Source: a virus. From it: DNA of 64,000 nt. Position numbers and translations under genes: made by a program. The notes beneath the pieces were generated by a model. That model saw nothing but the letters and a program-made list of their open reading frames with translations. It made no database searches and was not told where the DNA came from. Positions within the stretch are counted from its first letter, which is position 1, and the number at the start of each line of letters is the position of its first letter. The stretch is from IMG/VR virus record IMGVR_UViG_3300027702_000001. One strand, given 5' to 3'. This document shows positions 43,764 to 52,803 of the stretch, piece after piece.

Positions 43764-45740
43764 TTACTTTCCGAAGTTAGGGAAGTTCTTCTTGAATAAT
43801 TCAGATGCTTCCTTGTGCTTACCTTTGTTGGTAAGATCCTTAGTTTGTTTAAGGACTGCTCTCTTCTTTAGTTGTTCGGGTGTTGGTTCTTCCATAATCT
43901 GTTTGTTGTAAGCAAGTCTGTCTCTCCAAGACGCTGCATCAGGTTGGCGTGCCTGTGCATTGTCGTGGTCGTAAGTTTCTTGCTGCATTTGCATAAGGCG
44001 ACGTACCTTATCTGTTCTTGTTTCGTCCATAGTAGACTCTTCTCCTAGTTTTCTTGCGAGTTTATCAGACCCTTTAGAGATTGCTCTTGAGGTTTTACCA
44101 ATAACTTTTTTACCAAGATTACCTGCCGCTTTACCAGTTCGCTTAGCAGCGCCTACGCCAGCGCCGACTGCTTTTTTAAGACCTCTGCCGACTGCACCTG
44201 CAGCACGACTGAGAAGAGATCTCTTTTTGGTACCAGTCTCTGCTGAACCACCTGTTGAGGTAGGTGCAGATCCTGAAGAGGATGGAGAAGATGATCCAGA
44301 AGATGATCCACCTGATGAACCTGATGATCCACCTGATGAACTTCCAGATGATGATGAACTAGAAGCAGAACTTCCTTTGAGACCACGCTCTCTGCCTTTC
44401 TGGAATTCAGATTTAGCAGAGGACGCTGCACGTTGTGCTAGACCACTAGCATAACCTGCTCCTCTTACTGCTCCTTTTGCTGCTCCCTTAGCACCTGCTT
44501 TAGCAGCAGATCCTGCCTTAGCAAGTCCTTTCTTTACGATAGAACCTGCCTTGGAAGCAGCATTTTTCATACGCTCTACACGCTTGCCTCTAGAGATACG
44601 CTTTGCACTATCTTTAGATGCTTTTACAGCAGAGTCGTAATAATCTTCGGTGAGCAATTCGAATCCGTCCAAGATGCCGAGTGCTTCATTTAGATTCTGT
44701 TCTGTATCGAAATCTAAAAGTGCCTCTACAACAACATCTTGTAGGTCCTGCTCTGTAAGGATGTCAAACTCGTCACCGAGTTCATCTACAACATCCCATA
44801 CCCATTCCTCGTTAGCGGGTACACAGTTAGGAACGTCTTTACCGTTCTTCTTCTTGGTACCTTTAGCAACGTAACCGTCCCAACACGTACTAGCGCCGAC
44901 GTTTTTACGTGCTTGCTTAAGTCCTTCTCCAACCACAGTTTTAGGAGTCGCACCTTTTGCTTTAATAGATCTTTGATTCTCGCACTGAGGATCAACGGTG
45001 GACTGCTTTTCCTTAGGTGTGTCGATCTTACTTGATGCAGCACTTGGTTTGTTGTTAAGTGTTGCTGCATTAGCAGACTCCTTGAACTTCACAGGCATTG
45101 ATACTGTACCTTTGCCTGGAACATACTTAGTAGTTCTTGGATTCTTAGGATCGTCAGACTTAAAATCTTTGTGAATTTTATCATAATCTTTTTTAGACAT
45201 CTCTAACGCTTCATTTTTACTCTTAGCATTAGAATGATGTGATGGATCACCAAAAGCAGGGTTGTTTCTGTACTCTGGTTTCTGTTTCTTTTGTGCTGCT
45301 TCTAGTTTCTTTGCCTTTTTATCAAGGTAATCTTTCATAGCACCACCTGCCTTACCAGATCCTTTGGTAATACCATATGCACTACCTTCTTCTACTGAAG
45401 ATGGAGTTCCTGGTGCTTCAACTTCGTGCTCAATCACTTTACCATCGGCATCCTTCTCGTGATGCTCAACGTTTAGGGTCTTAGGATAATCCTTGTCACC
45501 CTTCTTAGCAGGTTCTTCACCACGCTTGCGCTTAGCGTGAATATTTGCCCAAAGACCTGCCTTACCTTCGATAATAACTTCAGCAATTGCCTTCTCAGTT
45601 GGTGTGACAAGACGCTTCTCTAGATAGGCATCACGTGCCTCTCCAGTGTAGTTATGCTCTGCGTATTCAACAACGTAAGTTACTGATTGTACGTCTGCTG
45701 GTGAATACTTCAGCAGTTTCGAAGTAATTTTTAAATCCAT
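43764..45740 (-). CDS. Large modular Lys/Ala/Ser-rich putative internal virion protein
   Basis: Modules GLWANIHAKRKRG, CWDGY..KGTKKK.GK.VPNCVP; late promoter variant upstream. Confidence 0.6.
   Translation of the reverse strand: MDLKITSKLLKYSPADVQSVTYVVEYAEHNYTGEARDAYLEKRLVTPTEKAIAEVIIEGKAGLWANIHAKRKRGEEPAKKGDKDYPKTLNVEHHEKDADGKVIEHEVEAPGTPSSVEEGSAYGITKGSGKAGGAMKDYLDKKAKKLEAAQKKQKPEYRNNPAFGDPSHHSNAKSKNEALEMSKKDYDKIHKDFKSDDPKNPRTTKYVPGKGTVSMPVKFKESANAATLNNKPSAASSKIDTPKEKQSTVDPQCENQRSIKAKGATPKTVVGEGLKQARKNVGASTCWDGYVAKGTKKKNGKDVPNCVPANEEWVWDVVDELGDEFDILTEQDLQDVVVEALLDFDTEQNLNEALGILDGFELLTEDYYDSAVKASKDSAKRISRGKRVERMKNAASKAGSIVKKGLAKAGSAAKAGAKGAAKGAVRGAGYASGLAQRAASSAKSEFQKGRERGLKGSSASSSSSSGSSSGGSSGSSGGSSSGSSSPSSSGSAPTSTGGSAETGTKKRSLLSRAAGAVGRGLKKAVGAGVGAAKRTGKAAGNLGKKVIGKTSRAISKGSDKLARKLGEESTMDETRTDKVRRLMQMQQETYDHDNAQARQPDAASWRDRLAYNKQIMEEPTPEQLKKRAVLKQTKDLTNKGKHKEASELFKKNFPNFGK
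44260..44375 (-). repeat. Ser/Gly low-complexity repeat
   Basis: gatgatcca/cctgatgaa repeats encoding GSSSGSSGG-type tract. Confidence 0.75.
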
Positions 45741-45761
45741 CTGTCGAAAATTTGCGTAATA

Positions 45762-46934
45762 CTATTTAGTCTTTCTGAAATCACTGAACTTCTTGACTCC
45801 CTGCCCAGGTGTCATTGCCTGAACTGCTTGTCTGTATGTATCAGTGCCGATCTTCCAATCGTTACCACTACCATCGTCTGCTGACTTGTGTAGTTCTTTG
45901 ACTTCCATAATAGAAGACAACCAAACGTTGAAGCGATAGTTTTGTGGAGTCTCAAAGATTACATAATTAGTTCCTTTCTTTACGATTGTTCCTCTTACAC
46001 CTGTATCTAGGTGCTCCACTATAGAACCAACTGTAAAGATTTTTTCTTCGAAGAACGCTTCACGAAGATTTTCCTGATCCAACTTAGGAGCGATGTTCCA
46101 AAGTTCAGAAACCTCTTCTTCCTGTTCTTGTTCTTGAATACCCATACCTGCACGAACTTCCATCATTAGTTGTTCAGCAAGTTTCTTTGCTTTGCTAGGT
46201 ACACCCTGAGCAAAACTTTCGAGGTCTCCTGATGCTGCAAACGCTCGCATCTTAGAAGCACTCATACCTTCTACACCCTCTGCATCAGGATCTCTTTCTC
46301 CTGCAGACATTACATTCAGTGTTTCAAATTCATATGCCTGACCATTGTACTTCTCAAGCAATGATTTGAATTCTGATACTCTATCAGAACCAACAACCAT
46401 CGTTACTTCTGAGTAACCCTCTTGATTGAGGTTAGAAAGTACATTGAAGATGTTAGACATATCGCCATCGTTGACGATAGCATCAGAATGATTTGGGAAC
46501 ATCTTTGTCATAAAATCAATCTTAACATCAGGTTCCAATGGATTCTTTTTAGGATCCACAGTACGTGATGGATAGATTCTATAACTATCAGCACCCTGTT
46601 CAGCAACAGTGTTCAATAATTTCTCGTGACCAACAGTAGGAGGATTGAAACGTCCAAAGGTTAGAGCAATATGTCCTAGACCTTCACCGCTTTCAATATG
46701 CTCATCTTCTGCTGCACCTTGATTCGCTCCATTCTGTGCTTGTTCTGCCTCTTTACCTGATACAGGCACAAGACGATTCCCTCCCTCAGACTTAGCAACA
46801 ATGTTACCTTGCCTATCAGCATAGTAACCGTGCCCTGCGTGTTGGAGTCCTCTCTTAGCAGCAACTTCACCTGCAGCGGTGCGTGCCTCAGTTATAAACT
46901 GACTGAACTTCATTGATATACTAGTGTTTTCCAT
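45762..46934 (-). CDS. HxGH nucleotidyltransferase (cytidyltransferase/NMNAT-like)
   Basis: TFGRFNPPTVGHEKL, VVGSDRV, SAGERDPD, MSASKMR; second ATG at 46913 gives MKFSQFITE. Confidence 0.85.
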   Translation of the reverse strand: MENTSISMKFSQFITEARTAAGEVAAKRGLQHAGHGYYADRQGNIVAKSEGGNRLVPVSGKEAEQAQNGANQGAAEDEHIESGEGLGHIALTFGRFNPPTVGHEKLLNTVAEQGADSYRIYPSRTVDPKKNPLEPDVKIDFMTKMFPNHSDAIVNDGDMSNIFNVLSNLNQEGYSEVTMVVGSDRVSEFKSLLEKYNGQAYEFETLNVMSAGERDPDAEGVEGMSASKMRAFAASGDLESFAQGVPSKAKKLAEQLMMEVRAGMGIQEQEQEEEVSELWNIAPKLDQENLREAFFEEKIFTVGSIVEHLDTGVRGTIVKKGTNYVIFETPQNYRFNVWLSSIMEVKELHKSADDGSGNDWKIGTDTYRQAVQAMTPGQGVKKFSDFRKTK

Positions 46935-46943
46935 TTCTATTTA

Positions 46944-48137
46944 TCACCCCCAATTTTTTTCTACTGTGAAGTTCGCTCTAGAGAACTCCAAACGGTCTAC
47001 AATTTTAAGTGCAGAACCTGATTTGATTGCCACAAAACCTTCTGGTGCAGTCACTCTGTAACCGTTATCAGTCTTAATATAGGTACCAATGTCTTTGACT
47101 TTGTTGAGTTGTTTGATGATCACCGCTTTAGCAGCAGTGATATTCATATAAGATGCAACAGTCATATAGACAGCACGTCCGTTTTGCTTCAAGAATTTCA
47201 TACCATTCTCTTTAATAGTGGCATACTTTTTCTTGGTTGTCTCTTGCTTCTTCAGACTGATCTCTTTATCAAGTGCTGCTGCATAGAATGCAGAGAATCC
47301 TAGTGCAACTTGCTGTGCATTTGTGATAGGTTTACCAGTCCTAATAAATGAGTTGAAATATACCTTGAACATAGCAGCAAGCATAAACTTACCTTCACCA
47401 CTAGTCTGTAGGATGTCTAAGAATCTAGATGCTTGCTTGAGAGAACCCTCTGCACGGTTAACTAACAGATCATACTTACTTCTCTCTGTAGGTTTGAATG
47501 TAGAAGCACCTGTAGCGTCAGTAAAGTTTGAAGAGAATACTGCAACGTTAGGTGTGCCCTGCATTCTTCTTGCATCTACACCAAATCCAGGTTTCATATC
47601 CCTGAGTGTAGGACCACCAGTGTATGTGGTATGAAATACAATACCAAGTTGACTTGTTGCTACCTTCTTACCCATAGGTGTGTTAACAGGTACAGCATAT
47701 GTGATGGTATTTGGCATAAAAGTATGACACTTCTGACCATTCATCGTCTTTGTTGATACATCACCTTTCGTGAACAATAAATCACCCTGCAATACACCAT
47801 TCATAGGTACCTGAGGGAGGAGACGCAAGCACATCTTTAGTTTCTTTGCCAGTTCTCCACTGTAATAACTATCAACATCCTCATCATTCATACAAAGTTT
47901 TGGCATCTTAGCGAAGACACCCTTAGTACCAACAAAAAACCTACCAGTTGAGGGATGTTTACCACAAATAACAGCAGGAGCACCGTCCCACTTAGTAGTA
48001 ACACCGACACCTGATGCAGGTTCAGTCAGCATCTTGCCCAGTTCCCTGAGAAATGCAATGGCATTGTGTCCACCTTTGGATCCTTGGTTCAAGATGTCAT
48101 CCTCGATGTGTTCGAGGTGAGTATTCTGCTTTGCCAT
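46944..48137 (-). CDS. Ligase-fold nucleotidyltransferase (DUF6267-like)
   Basis: NTHLEHIED; motifs KWDG, LQGDL, PEGFV, LKIV. Confidence 0.7.
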   Translation of the reverse strand: MAKQNTHLEHIEDDILNQGSKGGHNAIAFLRELGKMLTEPASGVGVTTKWDGAPAVICGKHPSTGRFFVGTKGVFAKMPKLCMNDEDVDSYYSGELAKKLKMCLRLLPQVPMNGVLQGDLLFTKGDVSTKTMNGQKCHTFMPNTITYAVPVNTPMGKKVATSQLGIVFHTTYTGGPTLRDMKPGFGVDARRMQGTPNVAVFSSNFTDATGASTFKPTERSKYDLLVNRAEGSLKQASRFLDILQTSGEGKFMLAAMFKVYFNSFIRTGKPITNAQQVALGFSAFYAAALDKEISLKKQETTKKKYATIKENGMKFLKQNGRAVYMTVASYMNITAAKAVIIKQLNKVKDIGTYIKTDNGYRVTAPEGFVAIKSGSALKIVDRLEFSRANFTVEKNWG

Positions 48138-48144
48138 ACCTATA

Positions 48145-48975
48145 TTATACCTCGTATCGGATCACAATGGCATTCTGACGGACACCTGTAACTTTGTCCT
48201 TACCCCTGCCCTTCAGTGACATTCTGACACCTGCCACTTTCATCACATCTCGGACTGCCTTCTCGTCAATAGGTTTGACACCTGCTTCAGTGAGTAAATG
48301 GGTTGCTGCTCTGTCGTCATTGTTGAATAACATAGAACCTGTCATACACTCGTGTGTCAGATTATATTTGAAGCAATCATATGCCTTAGCACCATCAGGT
48401 TTTGACTTTGAACCTAGCACTTCTTGTAACTGTTCGTTCAATCCACCTGACTTTTTAATATCTGATAACACCTTTTTAGCAGTAGGTTGATCAACTGTAC
48501 CCTTTGCGTTCTCACATTTGTTATTAATCCTTTCCAAGATCAACTGTAAGTAACCAAGTGTCTGTGCATCTTGCTGTCCACCGCCACATTGTTTAGCAGT
48601 CTTTGCTAATACTTTTTGAAATACTTGAACTGACTTATCGATACCTGCTGAGGTCAACTGATAAGATTTACCCCACTTCATAGAGCATCGGTATGTCGTA
48701 CCACCTGACTTAAACATAATGTCTGTCTTTGGTTCTTCTCCACCACCAGACATTTTCTGAAACGATTGATAATATTTTTGTCGTGCTTCAACGTTATTGC
48801 TAGGTGCCATTGATTCGACAATTCGGTCAGCAGTGGACCGAATGTCATTGGGGATGCTGTTTATACGACCTGCTGCATCTTCATAGTCCTTTTGATTATC
48901 CGCATTCTTATTGATGATCTTACTCGTTGCCGAGTACATCACTGCGTGTTCAAATTGTAACCCTTTGTTTGCCAT
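48145..48975 (-). CDS. Restriction-endonuclease-like PD-(D/E)XK protein
   Basis: GLQFE, EPKTDI..., CSMK motifs. Confidence 0.5.
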   Translation of the reverse strand: MANKGLQFEHAVMYSATSKIINKNADNQKDYEDAAGRINSIPNDIRSTADRIVESMAPSNNVEARQKYYQSFQKMSGGGEEPKTDIMFKSGGTTYRCSMKWGKSYQLTSAGIDKSVQVFQKVLAKTAKQCGGGQQDAQTLGYLQLILERINNKCENAKGTVDQPTAKKVLSDIKKSGGLNEQLQEVLGSKSKPDGAKAYDCFKYNLTHECMTGSMLFNNDDRAATHLLTEAGVKPIDEKAVRDVMKVAGVRMSLKGRGKDKVTGVRQNAIVIRYEV

Positions 48976-48997
48976 CGTGGGAATACTTTTTAAGTAT

Positions 48998-49528
48998 TTA
49001 TGAAACCCAATCAGGTTTACGTTCTGGCAAACGTAGATAGTTATCTTTTACCCAAGGTTTTGCAGCGATATACCTTCTATATGCAGTGAAGGTATCTATT
49101 GATTGATCTTGTTTGAACTCGTCGAACATTGCTCTGACGAATGGAGTAGGATGTTTCCCACTACGACCCGTAGGATCACCTGTAGGAAAGATTTTACTAG
49201 CGTGTTCAATGGTGGATTGACAAGAGTGGATTTTGCCATAGCGTAATGTGTATTCATTGCACAGTGCGAGACCGTGTGTGATTAACCATCGCCAGTTGAG
49301 TACAAAACTGTTTGCCCATACTGTACAGGGATGATTGCGAAAGGCACCCTTATCTGTTTTGTAAGGAGTACCGTCAAGTTTTGGTAGGTCACCGAAACCG
49401 TGACCCCACTTCTCTGATCCGACAATAGAAAGCATCTGACAGGTTTCTAGTGGCATCTTGACAATATGTTTGTCAGGAAGCACTCTGGCAGATGCTATTG
49501 GATCAGGGTCCGTAACGAAGATATTCAT
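48998..49528 (-). CDS. Pyrimidine dimer DNA glycosylase (DenV-like)
   Basis: MNIF...A..LPDKHIVKMPLETCQML, HPCTVW, EYTLRYGKIH. Confidence 0.8.
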   Translation of the reverse strand: MNIFVTDPDPIASARVLPDKHIVKMPLETCQMLSIVGSEKWGHGFGDLPKLDGTPYKTDKGAFRNHPCTVWANSFVLNWRWLITHGLALCNEYTLRYGKIHSCQSTIEHASKIFPTGDPTGRSGKHPTPFVRAMFDEFKQDQSIDTFTAYRRYIAAKPWVKDNYLRLPERKPDWVS

Positions 49529-49553
49529 AGACCTGATTATGTGTGGTGTGTGA

Positions 49554-49718
49554 GGGAGGTTGGATTACTGTGTACCAACAAAAGATGGGCATTACTACAG
49601 AGTAAATACATCTTTGCCTAAGACCCGATTGGTAAATCGATTCTACTTTCGTAGCAGCACCACCTGTGTCTTATCACCTTAACCAGCAATATGCCAGTAA
49701 GTTTATTCAGTCACTCCC
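49554..49718 (-). ncRNA. Large structured RNA, probably the manA motif
   Basis: GGGAG/CTCCC closing stem; internal helices TAAGAC/GTCTTA, CTAC-GAAA-GTAG, CGATT/AATCG, AAAGATG/CATCTTT, GTTGG/CCAAC; no ORF; family name recalled, not searched. Confidence 0.65.
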
Positions 49719-49747
49719 AGTAAAAGAAGCGTCCCTCTCTTACAAAT

Positions 49748-49785
49748 ATATCATAGCATAAAAAAAGAGAGTGTCAAGCACTCTC
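49748..49785 (-). promoter_or_regulatory. Terminator overlapping a sigma70-like promoter
   Basis: GAGAGTG CTTGA CACTCTC plus T-tract; TTGACA-N16-TATGAT with extended TG. Confidence 0.65.
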
Positions 49786-49811
49786 AGCGATCCATCTCGA
49801 ACCAAACTTAT

Positions 49812-50093
49812 TTAGCGTTTCTTCCACCTGGGTAGGTAGAATATTGCGAAAGAACTCACCCAAAAAACTGCTAACGCTGACAAATGGATGATTCTATTTG
49901 GATTAACAATGAGACCGATAGTCACGAGTGCAATCCAAGTATAATCTAAAGTACCGTGAAGTCGATACCAAACATTCGATCCTAGTTTTTTAATGATGTC
50001 ATCTCTTCGTCTGCCGAACCACGGTGATACGTGGCGCATCATAACAAAACCCTCATTCAAAAACATAAGGGTGAAACCAATCCAGAAAATCAT
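49812..50093 (-). CDS. Hypothetical membrane protein
   Basis: Three hydrophobic segments. Confidence 0.6.
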   Translation of the reverse strand: MIFWIGFTLMFLNEGFVMMRHVSPWFGRRRDDIIKKLGSNVWYRLHGTLDYTWIALVTIGLIVNPNRIIHLSALAVFWVSSFAIFYLPRWKKR

Positions 50094-50311
50094 TTAGTTT
50101 CTTCTATTGCCTCCTTAATAATATTCTTAAGTTGTCTTCCTTTTTTCTTACTGAGTCCAACTGATGAATCAATCTTTACTTTGACCCAGTAGAGACCAAT
50201 AAGAACAAGTAGAAATGGAATAGATTCTTCCCAAGAGATTGCATTCCACGCATTTGCTGCTTGACCAAGCATTGCAACTGTGTCTGGTGCAGCGAGCATA
50301 TCTGTACCCAT
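50090..50311 (-). CDS. Hypothetical membrane protein
   Basis: Single TM. Confidence 0.55.
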   Translation of the reverse strand: MGTDMLAAPDTVAMLGQAANAWNAISWEESIPFLLVLIGLYWVKVKIDSSVGLSKKKGRQLKNIIKEAIEETK

Positions 50312-50877
50312 TACCTGTCCCCCTTCTTACGGTTTTCAGAACGAACAACAGTAAACTCACCCTCAGGATAACGTGTTGCAAGTTTAACTGAGTTACGGAA
50401 GGTAACCTCGTCAAGAGTTACACCGAGTGCAATACAAGCATTCGCGACATACCACATAATATCACCAAGTTCTAGGATAAGATGTTCTTTGTTGTCATCA
50501 TTCCAGGGTTTACCTTGGAACTTAAGTTTCTTAACGATCTCCATAAATTCACCACCCTCAGCAACAAGACCAGAGGCAGCAGTATCAAGACGCTCAATGT
50601 CACAACCCTCACCTTTGAGAGTTTCATAACGTTCCATCAGTGCATCAAAATCTTTTGACTCTTTACTGGTGGTCAAGTTTACAAACTTAAAATACTCAGC
50701 GTAATCAACTTCAAAGGGTTCCTCTGTTTGTCCCTTTTTCTTACGTTTAGCAGCAACCTTTTTACCTGCCACTCCTTGAGGTTCTTGGAATCCTTTCGGG
50801 ATCTGTTCAGCAGGGTTGGAGAAATCCTTCTCCGTCACCTGTGGATCATCACGAAATTCTGCTGTGTTTTCAGTCAT
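50311..50877 (-). CDS. mazG: MazG-like pyrophosphatase
   Basis: GLVAEGGEFMEIVKK..FQGK, ELGDIMWY. Confidence 0.9.
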   Translation of the reverse strand: MTENTAEFRDDPQVTEKDFSNPAEQIPKGFQEPQGVAGKKVAAKRKKKGQTEEPFEVDYAEYFKFVNLTTSKESKDFDALMERYETLKGEGCDIERLDTAASGLVAEGGEFMEIVKKLKFQGKPWNDDNKEHLILELGDIMWYVANACIALGVTLDEVTFRNSVKLATRYPEGEFTVVRSENRKKGDR

Positions 50878-52253
50878 ACTTTGAAATCATTAAAGTTTTG
50901 TTTAGAGAAGGATAGGATGTCAGATGCATCAACTGTCTCTTCTGGTGCTCCAGAATCAACAATCTTCTTTTGTTCTTCACAATCATACAGACGCATCTTC
51001 GCCCTGTCAACTCCTACAACGAATCTCTTGTTCACTGTAGGATCATTATATCTATTCTTAAGTTGTTTCACCATAATCTGATTCAACTCTTCCATCTCTT
51101 CAGTAGAGATCAGAGCAATCATAAAGTCTGCAGTAGCAGGGAGTCCAAATGACTCCGAAGTATCTGTCAGGTCAACATCAGAATTGCCATACCCACTACG
51201 AGTAGTTTGAGTAGCGGATACGATAGGGACATTATGTTCACCTGCAAGTCCACGTAGTTCTTCAGCAATAGATTTAACAAATGTGTACGAGTTAACTATA
51301 GCACCTTTGTATCTTGATGAGTTACAAATGTTAAGGTAATCGACATAGATGATGTCTGGTACAAATGATTTCTTAATAGAAAGTTCTTGCAGCAGTGCCT
51401 TGAAGTGTCCTACGTGTGCAGATGCAGTAGGGTATTCTTTGATGATAAGACGACCCTTTGTTTTGTTATTAACCTTTTCAATCTTAGAATCAAACATTGG
51501 TTTAGGCAATGTCTCCAATGATTGAATTGGAATGTTCATCAAGTTAGCATCAATACGTTCAGCGATCTTCTCCTCTGCCATTTCCAACGTGATGTATAGC
51601 ACGTTTAGTCCTGCAGAAAGATTAGCAGCAGCACAGTGACACATAAACAAAGACTTACCAACACCTGTACCTGCAAGTGCAATGTTCAATGTCTTCTTAG
51701 ATAGACCACCTTTAGTAATCTTGTTGAGTAACTCAATATCAAAAGGAATCTTTTCTTCTACTCTATGATAGAACTGATAACGTTGATCAGCATCATCGAT
51801 GTAGTCGTGACCAACAGAATTATCAAAAGAAACTGATAGTGCATTAGACAAGATACTTGGAATAGCATCACGTCCCATTGTTTCAGAGTTACCATCAGCA
51901 ATCTGAATAGACTCAAGAAGTGCATTGTAGATAGCACGATCACGACACCACTTCTCTGAGGTAGTTACTAACCAATCGATCTCGTGTGGTTCTTCAGTCA
52001 TATTTTCAAGAGAGGTCTTTAGTTCAGAGAACGTAGTCTCGTTTAGATCTTCTCTTGATTCAATTTCAATACTCAATGCTTCCTTTGAAGGGAGAGCATC
52101 GTATTCCATAAAATATTTTGCAAGTTCATCGAAGATAATTTTGTTGTTGTAATCTTCGAAGTATTCTTGCTTGATGTGTGGAAGTGTCTTACGTGTAAAA
52201 TCCTGATTATGAATCAAGTTTGATACTACGAGTTCTTCTACAGAATTAGACAT
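50874..52253 (-). CDS. gp41: Replicative helicase gp41
   Basis: AGTGVGKS, ITLEMAEE, VDYLNI, ATQTTR, SESFGLPATAD. Confidence 0.96.
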   Translation of the reverse strand: MSNSVEELVVSNLIHNQDFTRKTLPHIKQEYFEDYNNKIIFDELAKYFMEYDALPSKEALSIEIESREDLNETTFSELKTSLENMTEEPHEIDWLVTTSEKWCRDRAIYNALLESIQIADGNSETMGRDAIPSILSNALSVSFDNSVGHDYIDDADQRYQFYHRVEEKIPFDIELLNKITKGGLSKKTLNIALAGTGVGKSLFMCHCAAANLSAGLNVLYITLEMAEEKIAERIDANLMNIPIQSLETLPKPMFDSKIEKVNNKTKGRLIIKEYPTASAHVGHFKALLQELSIKKSFVPDIIYVDYLNICNSSRYKGAIVNSYTFVKSIAEELRGLAGEHNVPIVSATQTTRSGYGNSDVDLTDTSESFGLPATADFMIALISTEEMEELNQIMVKQLKNRYNDPTVNKRFVVGVDRAKMRLYDCEEQKKIVDSGAPEETVDASDILSFSKQNFNDFKV

Positions 52254-52803
52254 AGTGGATGTACGTTCCCGCGATGTATTTTGCGTTAGAGATTGCAGGT
52301 AGTCCTGCGTGAGGATATGTCCACGTGGGTGGGAACACTAACAGTCTACCACGTTTAGGAGAAACTTTCATATGTTTGAATTCAGTTTCTCCACCCTCTT
52401 CAACATCATTAAGATACCAGAATAGTACGAGCATTCTTTTAGCAGACTCGTGGTCACCCACATCGACGTGCCATTTGAATTGATCTTCTGAATCTGGATT
52501 GTATCTCTTGATCCTAAACTGTTCAAGTGATGTCTTCATAGGAAAGTATTTCCTACAGTCACACTCATCCATATATCGTTGGATGAAATCGTGAGCAGAC
52601 TGAATCAATGCTGATTGGATTATGTCCCAATCTTTATGTGATTTCTTCTCAATGTGTTCAGTGATATTAAATTGTGCGAAGGTAGGACGACCATCTCTGT
52701 CCCAAATATCGAGTTCTTCCATTTCGAAAAGACGAATGGCATTCTCACATACTTCTTTAGAGATGGCATCATCATAAACCTTGATAAAAGATTCAAGATC
52801 CAT
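52246..52803 (-). CDS. 2OG-Fe(II) oxygenase (prolyl-4-hydroxylase-like)
   Basis: [30 protein letters not shown]. Confidence 0.88.
   Translation of the reverse strand: MDLESFIKVYDDAISKEVCENAIRLFEMEELDIWDRDGRPTFAQFNITEHIEKKSHKDWDIIQSALIQSAHDFIQRYMDECDCRKYFPMKTSLEQFRIKRYNPDSEDQFKWHVDVGDHESAKRMLVLFWYLNDVEEGGETEFKHMKVSPKRGRLLVFPPTWTYPHAGLPAISNAKYIAGTYIHYV

Noticed and set aside
44227-44454. Plus-strand Asp/Pro-rich ORF (DDPEDDPPDEP)
   Set aside because: Antisense read-out of the Ser/Gly repeat in the 658-aa gene
49540-49560. Yfr1-like ACTCCTCACAC motif after the manA-like RNA
   Set aside because: Imperfect match (CTCCCTCACAC) and no flanking Yfr1 hairpins
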